Assembly (NCBI RefSeq): GCF_009914755.1
Contig: NC_060935.1
DNA from: the human T2T-CHM13v2.0 reference genome, Homo sapiens
Reading direction: 5' to 3' (one strand)
DNA: 64,000 nt
Part shown: positions 54,301 to 64,000 of the stretch, one piece after another
Layout of the letters: every line of letters begins with the position of its first letter
Position numbering within the stretch: position 1 is the stretch's first letter
Made by a program: the position numbers and the translations under genes
The notes under the pieces: model-generated
Databases searched by the model: none
Seen by the model: only the letters and a program-made list of their open reading frames with translations
What the model was told of the DNA's origin: nothing

Positions 54301-57300
54301 CCTTCGAAACGGGTATATGTTCACATCAAACATAGAAGCATTCTCAGAATGTTTCCTGTGAAGACTGCATTCAACTCACAGAGATGAACAATCCTGTTGA
54401 TGGAGCACTTTGGAAACTCTCTTTCTTGGGATTCTGCAATTTGATATGTGGACCTCTGTGAAGATTTCTTTGGAAACGTGTTCATCTTCACAGAAAAACT
54501 AAACAGAAGCATTCTCAAAAACTACTTTGTGATGTTTGTGTTCCACTTCAAGAATTGAACTTTCCTCTTGACAGAGCAGCTCTGAAAACCTCTTTTTCTA
54601 GAATCTGCAAGTGGACATTTGGAGGGCTTTGAGGCCTGTGGTGGAAAAGGAAAATCTTCACATAAAAACTAGATGGAAGCATTCTCAGAAACTACTTTGT
54701 GATGATTGCATTCGACTCACAGAGTTGAACATTCCTATAGATAGAGCAGGTTGTAAACAATCTTTTTGTGGAATCTGCGATTTGAGATTTGGACTGCTTT
54801 GAGGCCTACTGTAGTAGAGGAAATAACTTCATCTAAAAACCAAACGGAAGCATTCACAGACAATTCTTAGTGATCATTGCATTGAACTAACAGAGCTGAA
54901 CATTCCTTTAGATGGCGCAGTTTCCAAACACACTTTCTGTAGAATCTGCAAGTGGATATTTGGACCTCTCTGTGGATTTCGTTAGAAACGGGATAAACTT
55001 CCCAGAACTACACGGAAGCATGCTGAGAAACTTCTTTGTGATGTTTGCATTCAACTCACAGAGTTGAACCTTGCTTTCATAGTTCAGCTTTCAAACACTC
55101 TTTTTGTAGAATCTGCAAGTGGATATTTGGACCACTTTGTGGCCTTCCTTCGAAACGGGTATATCTTCACATCAAACCTAGACAGAAGCATTCTCAGAAT
55201 GTTTCCTGTGATGACTGCATTCAACTCACAGAGGTGAACAATCCTGCTGATGGAGCAATTTTGAAACTCTCTTTCTTTGGATTCTGCAAGTGGATATGTG
55301 GACCTCTGTGAAGATTTCGTTGGAAACGGGTTCATCTTCACAGAAAAACTAAACAGAAGCATTCTCAGAAACTGCTTTGTGATGTTTGTGTTCCACTTCA
55401 GGAATTGAACTTTCCTCTTGACAGAGCAGCTCTGAAACCCTCTTATTCTAGAATCTGCAAGTGGACATTTGGAGGGCTTTGAGGCCTGTGGTGGAAAAGG
55501 AAAATCTTCACATAAAAACTAGATGGAAGCATTCTCAGAAACTACTTTGTGATGATTGCATTCGACTCACAGAGTTGAACATTCCTATAGATAGAGCAGG
55601 TTGTAAACAATCTTTTTCTAGAATCTGCTATTGGAGATTTGGACTCCTTTGAGGCCTACTGTAGTAAAGGAAATAACTTCATCTAAAAACCAAACGGAAG
55701 CATTCACAGACAATTCTCAGGATCATTGGATTGAACTAACAGAGCTGAACATTCCTTTAGATGGAGCAGTTTCCAAACACACTTTCTGTAGAATCTGCAA
55801 GTGGATATTTGGACTTCTCTGAGAATTTCGTTGGAAAAGGGATAAACTTCCCAGAACTACACGGAAGCATTGTGAGAAACTTCTTTGTGATGTTTGCATT
55901 CAACTCACAGAGTTGAACCTTGCTTTCATAGTTCAGCTTTCAAACACTCTTTTTGTAGAATCTGCAAGTGGATATTTGGACCACTTTGTGGCCTTCCTTC
56001 GAAACGGGTATATCTTCACATCAAACCTAGACAGAAGCATTCTCAGAATGTTTCCTGTGATGACTGCATTCAACTCACAGAGGTGAACAATCCTGCTGAT
56101 GGAGCAGTTTTGAAACTCTCTTTCTTTGGATTCTGCATGTGGATATGTTGACCTCTGTGAAGATTTCGTTGGAAACGGGTTCATCTTCACAGAAAAACTA
56201 AACAGGAGCATTCTCAGAAACTGCTTTGTGATGTTTGTGTTCCACTTCAAGAATTGAACTTTCCTCTTGACAGAGCAGCTCTGAAACCCTCTTTTTCTAG
56301 AATCTGCAAGTGGACATTTGGAAGGATTTGAGGCCTGTGGTGGAAAAGGAAAATCTTCACATAAAAACTAGATGGGAGCATTCTCAGAAACTACTTTGTG
56401 ATGATTGCATTCGACTCACAGAGTTGAACATTCCTATAGATAGAGCAGGTTGTAAACAATCTTTTTGTAGAATCTGCGATTGGAGATTTGGACTGCTTTG
56501 AGGCCTACTGTAGTAAAGGAAATTACTTCATCTAAAAACGAAACGGAAGCATTCACAGACAATTCTTAGTGATCATTGGATTGAACTAACAGAGCTGAAC
56601 ACTCCTTTAGATGGAGCAGTTTCCAAACCCACTTTCTGTAGAATCTGCAAGTGGATATTTGGACTTCTCTGAGGATTTCGTTGGAAACGGGATAAACTTC
56701 CCAGAACTACACGGAAGCATTGTGAGAAACTTCTTTGTGATGTTTGCATTCAACTCACAGAGTTGAACCTTGTTTTCATAGTTCAGCTTTCAAACACTCT
56801 TTTTGTAGAATCTGCAAGTGGATATTTGGACCACTTTGTGGCCTTCCTTCGAAACGGGTATATCTTCACATCAAACCTAGACAGAAACATTCTCAGAATG
56901 TTTCCTGTGATGACTGCATTCAACTCACAGAGGTGAACAATCCTGCTGATGGAGCACTTTTGAAACTCTCTTTCTTTGGATTCTGCAAGTTGATATGTGG
57001 TCCTCTGTGAAGATTTCGTTGGAAACGGGTTCATCTTCACAGAAAAATTAAACAGAAGCATTCTCAGAAACTACTTTGTGATGTTTGTGTTCCACTTCAA
57101 GAATTGAACTTTCCTCTTGACAGAGCAGCTCTGAAACCCTCTTTTTCTAGAATCTGCAAGTGGACATTTGGAGGGCTTTGAGGCCTGTGGTGGAAAAGGA
57201 AAATCTTCACATGAAAACTAGATGGAAGCATTCTCAGAAACTACTTTGTGATGATTGCATTCGACTCACAGAGTTGAACATTCCTATAGATAGAGCAGGT

Positions 57301-58680
57301 TGTAAACAATCTTTTTGTAGAATCTGCGATTGGAGATTTGGATTGCTTTGAGGCCTACTGTAGTAAAGGAAATAACTTCATCTAAAAACCAAACGGAAGC
57401 ATTCACAGAAAATTCTTAGTGATCATTGCATTGAACTAACAGAGGTGAACATTCCTTTAGATGGCGCAGTTTCCAAACACACTTTCTGTAGAATCTGCAA
57501 GTGGATATTTGGACCTCTCTGAGGATTTCGTTGGAAACGGGATAAACTTCCCAGAACTACACGGAAGCATTGTGAGAACTTCTTTGTGATGTTTGCATTC
57601 AACTCACAGAGTTGAACCTTGCTTTCATAGTTCAGCTTTCAAACACTCTTTTTGTAGAATCTGCAAGTGGATATTTGGACCACTTTGTGACCTTCCTTCG
57701 AAACGGGTATATCTTCACATCAAACCTAGACAGAAGCATTCTCAGAATGTTTCCTGTGATGACTGCATTCAACTCACAGAGGTCAACAATCCTGCTGATG
57801 GAGCAGTTTTGAAACTCTCTTTCTTTGGATTCTGCAAGTGGATATGTGGACCTCTGTGAAGATTTCGTTGGAAACGGGTTCATCTTCACAGAAAAACTAA
57901 ACAGGAGCATTCTCAGAAACTGCTTTGTGATGTTTGTGTTCCACTTTAAGAATTGAACTTTCCTCTTGACAGAGCAGCTCTGAAACCCTCTTTTTCTAGA
58001 ATCTGCAAGTGGACATTTGGAGGGCTTTGAGGCCTGTGGTGGAAAAGGAAAATCTTCACATAAAAACTAGATGGAAGCATTCTCAGAAACTACTTTGTGA
58101 TGATTGCATTCGACGCACAGAGTTGAACATTCCTATAGATAGAGCAGGTTGTAAACAATCTTTTTGTAGAATCTGCGATTGGAGATTTGGACTGCTTTGA
58201 GGCCTACTGTAGTAAAGGAAATAACTTCATCTAAAAACCAAACGGAAGCATTCACAGAAAATTCTCAGTGATCATTGGATTGAACTAACAGAGCTGAACA
58301 TTCCTTTAGATGGAGCAGTTTCCAAACAAACTTTCTGTAGAATCTGCAAGTGGATATTTGGACTTCTCTGAGAATTTCGTTGGAAAAGGGATAAACTTCC
58401 CAAAACTACACGGAAGCATTGTGAGAAACTTCTTTGTGATGTTTGCATTCAACTCACAGAGTTGAACCTTGCTTTCATAGTTCAGCTTTCAAACACTCTT
58501 TTTGTAGAATCTGCAAGTGGATATTTGGACCACTTTGTGGCCTTCCTTCGAAACGGGTATATCTTCACATCAAACCTAGACAGAAGCATTCTCAGAATGT
58601 TTCCTGTGATGACTGCATTCAACTCACAGAGGTGAACAATCCTGCTGATGGAGCAGTTTTGAAACTCTCTTTCTTTGGAT
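33370..58680 (+). repeat. About 8.5-kb (10-HOR) super-repeat domain with internal rearrangements
   Basis: U40-44 match U50-54 (+8497), U47-49 match U57-59 (+8498) and U60-62 (+11047), and U40-46 match U63-69 (+19544, then +19540 after a 4-bp deletion). Confidence 0.85.
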
Positions 58681-61600
58681 TCTGCATGTGGATATGTTGA
58701 CCTCTGTGAAGATTTCGTTGGAAACGGGTTCATCTTCACAGAAAAACTAAACAGGAGCATTCTCAGAAACTGCTTTGTGATGTTTGTGTTCCACTTCAAG
58801 AATTGAACTTTCCTCTTGACAGAGCAGCTCTGAAACCCTCTTTTTCTAGAATCTGCAAGTGGACATTTGGAAGGATTTGAGGCCTGTGGTGGAAACGGAA
58901 AATCTTCACATAAAAACTAGATGGAAGCATTCTCAGAAACTACTTTGTGATGATTGCATTCGACGCACAGAGTTGAACATTCCTATAGAGAGAGCAGGTT
59001 GTAAACAATCTTTTTGTAGAATCTGCGATTGGAGATTTGGACTGCTTTGAGGCCTACTGTAGTAAAGGAAATAACTTCATCTAAAAACCAAACGGAAGCA
59101 TTCACAGACAATTCTTAGTGATCATTGGATTGAACTAACAGAGCTGAACATTCCTTTAGATGGCGCAGTTTCCAAACCCACTTTCTGTAGAATCTGCAAG
59201 TGGATATTTGGACTTCTCTGAGGATTTCGTTGGAAACGGGATAAACTTCCCAGAACTACACGGAAGCATTGTGAGAAACTTCTTTGTGATGTTTGCATTC
59301 AACTCACAGAGTTGAACCTTGCTTTCATAGTTCAGCTTTCAAACACTCTTTTTGTAGAATCTGCAAGTGGATATTTGGACCACTTTGTGGCCTTCCTTCG
59401 AAACGGGTATATCTTCACATCAAACCTAGACAGAAGCATTCTCAGAATGTTTCCTGTGATGACTGCATTCAACTCACAGAGGTGAACAATTCTGCTGATG
59501 GAGCACTTTTGAAACTCTCTTTCTTTGGATTCTGCAAGTGGATATGTGGACCTCTATGAAGATTTCGTTGGAAACGGGTTCATCTTCACAGAAAAACTAA
59601 ACAGAAACATTCTCACAAACTGCTTTGTGATGTTTGTGTTCCACTTCAGGAATTGAACTTTCCTCTTGACAGAGCAGCTCTGAAACCCTCTTTTTCTAGA
59701 ATCTGCAAGTGGACATTTGGAGGGCTTTGAGGCCTGTGGTGGAAAAGGAAAATCTTCACATAAAAACTAGATGGAAGCATTCTCAGAAACTACTTTGTGA
59801 TGATTGCATTCGACTCACAGAGTTGAACATTCCTATAGATAGAGCAGGTTGTAAACAATCTTTTTGTAGAATCTGCGATTGGAGATTTGGACTGCTTTGA
59901 GGCCTACTGTAGTAAAGGAAATAACTTCATCTAAAAACCAAACGGAAGCATTCACAGACAATTCTTAGTGATCATTGGATTGAACTAACAGAGCTGAACA
60001 TTCCTTTAGATGGCGCAGTTTCCAAACACACTTTCTGTAGAATCTGCAAGTGGATATTTGGACTTCTCTGAGGATTTCGTTGGAAACGGGATAAATTTCC
60101 CAGAACTACACGGAAGCATTGTGAGAAACTTCTTTGTGATGTTTGCATTCAACTCACAGAGTTGAACCTTGCTTTCATAGTTCAGCTTTCAAACCCTCTT
60201 TTTGTAGAATCTGCAAGTGGATATTTGGGCCACTTTGGGGCCTTCCTTCGAAACGGGTATATCTTCACAACAAACCTAGACAGAAGCATTCTCAGAATGT
60301 TTCCTGTGATGACTGCATTCAACTCACAGAGGTGAACAATCCTGCTGATGGAGCAGTTTTGAAACTCTCTTTCTTTGGATTCTGCAAGTGGATATGTGGA
60401 CCTCTGTGAAGATTTCGTTGGAAACGGGTTCATCTTCACAGAAAAACTAAACAGGAGCATTCTCAGAAACTGCTTTGTGATGTTTGTGTTCCACTTCAAG
60501 AATTGAACTTTCCTCTTGACAGAGCAGCTCTGAAACCCTATTTTTCTAGAATCTGCAAGTGGACATTTGGAGGGCTTTGAGGCCTGTGGTGGAAAAGGAA
60601 AATCTTCACATAAAAACTAGATGGAAGCATTCTCAGAAACTACTTTGTGATGATTGCATTCGACTCACAGAGTTGAACATTCCTATAGATAGAGCAGGTT
60701 GTAAACAATCTTTTTCTAGAATCTGTGATTGGAGATTTGGACAGCTTTGAGGCCTACTGTAGTAAAGGAAATAACTTCATCTAAAAACCAAACGGAAGCA
60801 TTCACAGACAATTCTTAGTGATCATTGGATTGAACTAACAGAGCTGAACATTCCTTTAGATGGAGCAGTTTCCAAACCCACTTTCTGTAGAATCTGCAAG
60901 TGGATATTTGGACTTCTCTGAGGATTTCGTTGGAAACGGGATAAACTTCCCAGAACTACAGGGAAGCATTGTGAGAAACTTCTTTGTGATGTTTGCATTC
61001 AACTCACAGAGTTGAACCTTGCTTTCATAGTTCAGCTTTCAAACACTCTTTTTGTAGAATCTGCAAGTGGATATTTAGACAACTTTGTGGCCTTCCTTCG
61101 AAACGGGTATATCTTCACATCAAACCTAGACAGAAGCATTCTCAGAATGTTTCCTGTGAAGACTGCATTCAACTCACAGAGATGAACAATCCTGTTGATG
61201 GAGCACTTTGGAAACTCTCTTTCTTGGGATTCTGCAAGTTGATATGTGGACCTCTGTGAAGATTTCGTTGGAAACGGGTTCATCTTCACAGAAAAACTAA
61301 ACAGAAGCATTCTCAAAAACTACTTTGTGATGTTTGTGTTCCACTTCAAGAATTGAACTTTCCTCTTGACAGAGCAGCTCTGAAAACCTCTTTTTCTAGA
61401 ATCTGCAAGTGGACATTTGGAGGGCTTTGAGGCCTGTGGTGGAAAAGGAAAATCTTCACATAAAAACTAGATGGAAGCATTCTCAGAAACTACTTTGTGA
61501 TGATTGCATTCGACTCACAGAGTTGAACATTCCTATAGATAGAGCAGGTTGTAAACAATCTTTTTGTAGAATCTGCGATTGGAGATTCGGACTGCTTTGA

Positions 61601-64000
61601 GGCCTACTGTAGTAAAGGAAATAACTTCATCTAAAAACCAAACGGAAGCATTCACAGACAATTCTTAGTGATCATTGGATTGAACTAACACAGCTGAACA
61701 TTCCTTTAGATGGAGCAGTTTCCAAACACACTTTCTGTAGAATCTGCAAGTGGATATTTGGACCACTCTGAGGATTTCGTTGGAAACGGGATAAACTTCC
61801 CAGAACTACACGGAAGCATTCTGAGAAACTTCTTTGTGATGTTTGCATTCAACTCACAGAGTTGAACCTTGCTTTCATAGTTCAGCTTTCAAACACTCTT
61901 TTTGTAGAATCTGCAAGTGGATATTTGGACCACTTTGTGGCCTTCCTTCGAAACGGGTATATCTTCACATCAAACCTAGACAGAAGCATTCTCAGAATGT
62001 TTCCTGTGATGACTGCATTCAACTCACAGAGGTGAACAATCCTGCTGATGGAGCAGTTTTGAAACTCTCTTTCTTTGGATTCTGCAAGTGGATATGTGGA
62101 CCTCTGTGAAGATTTCGTTGGAAACGGGTTCATCTTCACAGAAAAACTAAACAGAAGCATTCTCAGAAACTGCTTTGTGATGTTTGTGTTCCACTTCAGG
62201 AATTGAACTTTCCTCTTGACAGAGCAGCTCTGAAACCCTCTTATTCTATAATCTGCAAGTGGACATTTGGAGTGCTTTGAGGCCTGTGGTGGAAAAGGAA
62301 AATCTTCACATAAAAACTAGATGGAAGCATTCTCAGAAACTACTTTGTGATGATTGCATTCGACTCACAGAGTTGAACATTCCTATAGATAGAGCAGGTT
62401 GTAAACAATCTTTTTGTAGAAAATGCGATTGGAGATTTGGACTGCTTTGAGGCCTACTGTAGTAAAGGAAATAACTTCATCTAAAAACCAAACGGAAGCA
62501 TTCACAGACAATTCTTAGTGATCATTGGATTGAACTAACAGAGCTGAACATTCCTTTAGATGGCGCAGTTTCCAAACCCACTTTCTGTAGAATCTGCAAG
62601 TGGATATTTGGACTTCTCTGAGGATTTCGTTGGAAACGGGATAAACTTCCCAGAACTACACGGAAGCATTGTGAGAAACTTCTTTGTGATGTTTGCATTC
62701 AACTCACAGAGTTGAACCTTGCTTTCATAGTTCAGCTTTCAAACACTCTTTTTGTAGAATCTGCAAGTGGATATTTGGACCACTTTGTGGCCTTCCTTCG
62801 AAACGGGTATATCTTCACATCAAACCTAGACAGAAGCATTCTCAGAATGTTTCCTGTGATGACTGCATTCAACTCACAGAGGTGAACAATCCTGCTGATG
62901 GAGCAGTTTTGAAACTCTCTTTCTTTGGATTCTACAAGTGGATATGTGGACCTCTGTGAAGATTTCGTTGGAAACGGGTTCATCTTCACAGAAAAACTAA
63001 ACAGAAGCATTCTCAGAAACTGCTTTGTGATGTTTGTGTTCCACTTCAGGAATTGAACATTCCTCTTGACAGAGCAGCTCTGAAACCCTCTTATTCTAGA
63101 ATCTGCAAGTGGACATTTGGAGGGCTTTGAGGCCTGTGGTGGAAAAGGAAAATCTTCACATAAAAACTAGATGGAAGCATTCTCAGAAACTACTTTGTGA
63201 TGATGGCTTTCGACTCACAGAGTTGAACATTCCTATAGATAGAGCAGGTTGTAAACAATCTTTTTGTAGAATCTGCGATTGGAGATTTGGACTGCTTTGA
63301 GGCCTATTGTAGTAAAGGAAATAACTTCATCTAAAAACCAAACGGAAGCATTCACAGACAATACTTAGTGATCATTGGATTGAACTAACAGAGCTGAACA
63401 TTCCTTTAGATGGAGCAGTTTCCAAACACACTTTCTGTAGAATCTGCAAGTGGATATTTGGACTTCTCTGAGGATTTCGTTGGAAACGGGATAAAATTCC
63501 CAGAACTACACGGAAGCATTCTGAGAAACTTCTTTGTAATGTTTGCATTCAACTCACAGAGTTGAACCTTGCTTTCATAGTTCAGCTTTCAAACACTCTT
63601 TTTGTACAATCTGCAAGTGGATATTTGGACCACTTTGTGGCCTTCCTTCGAAACGGGTATATCTTCATATCAAACCTAGACAGAAGCATTCTCAGAATGT
63701 TTCCTGTGATGACTGCATTCAACTCACAGAGCTGAACAATCCTGCTGATGGAGCAGTTTTGAAACTCTCTTTCTTTGGATTCTGCAAGTGGATATGTGGA
63801 CCCTTGTGAAGATTTCGTTGGAAACGGGTTCATCTTCACAGAAAAACTAAACAGGAGCATTCTCAGAAAGTGCTTTGTGATGTTTGTGTTCCACTTCAGG
63901 AATTGAACTTTCCTCTTGACAGAGCAGCTCTGAAACCCTCTTTTTCTAGAATCTGCAAGTGGACATTTGGAGGGCTTTGAGGCCTGTGGTGGAAAAGGAA

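Larger units (their letters stand above)
1..64000 (+). repeat. Centromeric alpha-satellite HOR array, 850-bp pentamer, about 75.3 copies head-to-tail
   Basis: The landmark GTGGACATTTGG recurs at 227, 1077, 1927, 2777 ... 63109, 63959 with 850-bp spacing (14 units are 849 bp, one is 846 bp). Alphoid motifs GAAGCATTCTCAGAAACT, TTCAACTCACAGAGTTGAAC and TGTAGAATCTGCAAGTGGATATTTGG recur about every 171 bp. CENP-B boxes are present throughout. Confidence 0.99.
1..64000 (+). other. D11Z1: Probable identity: human chromosome 11 live centromeric array D11Z1 (SF3, W1-W5 pentamer)
   Basis: A pure 5-mer of 850 bp with one XbaI site per unit matches the classical 0.85-kb XbaI unit of D11Z1. The other SF3 arrays have longer HORs (D1Z7 11-mer, D17Z1 16-mer, DXZ1 12-mer). 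Based on established knowledge; no database search was run. Confidence 0.88.

Noticed and set aside
227-63860. Over 200 short ORFs (62-107 aa) on both strands
   Set aside because: They are the same three or four frames repeated every 850 bp, mostly with GTG/TTG starts. They are freely frameshifted by indels and resemble no domain I recognise, so they are translation artefacts of satellite DNA. I used them only as variant markers.
1-64000. CRISPR-like or other repeat-spacer system
   Set aside because: There are no unique spacers and no cas or other genes; all intervening sequence is itself periodic alphoid DNA.
1-64000. Embedded L1/Alu insertion, inversion or array boundary
   Set aside because: Landmark spacing is 846-850 bp for all 75 units on the same strand, leaving no room for an insertion. 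No poly-A tail or strand switch was seen.
1-64000. Location of the CENP-A domain / centromere dip region
   Set aside because: This is defined epigenetically and cannot be read from sequence alone.
1-64000. A previously undescribed biological system
   Set aside because: Everything seen is explained by a known satellite family and known turnover processes. Only the specific block architecture and box-mutation patterns may be unreported.

Overview
The whole 64 kb is one uninterrupted, single-orientation array of primate centromeric alpha satellite. Monomers of about 171 bp are organised as an 850-bp five-monomer higher-order repeat (HOR), with about 75 copies. The pentamer, the B-B-B-A-A box pattern and one XbaI site per unit fit suprachromosomal family 3, most likely the human chromosome 11 array D11Z1 (recognised from recall, not from a search). 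There are no genes: the ORF track is the repeat translated once per unit. I found no transposon, inversion, CRISPR or novel biological system. The structure worth a second look lies above the HOR level, where shared variants show block duplications of 3, 5, 7 and 10 HORs, mosaic units, stepwise variant lineages, and CENP-B box losses that are mostly transversions. Variant comparisons were made by eye, so breakpoints are approximate. U1..U75 number the HORs from the recurring GTGGACATTTGG landmark (U1=227, U2=1077, ... U75=63109).
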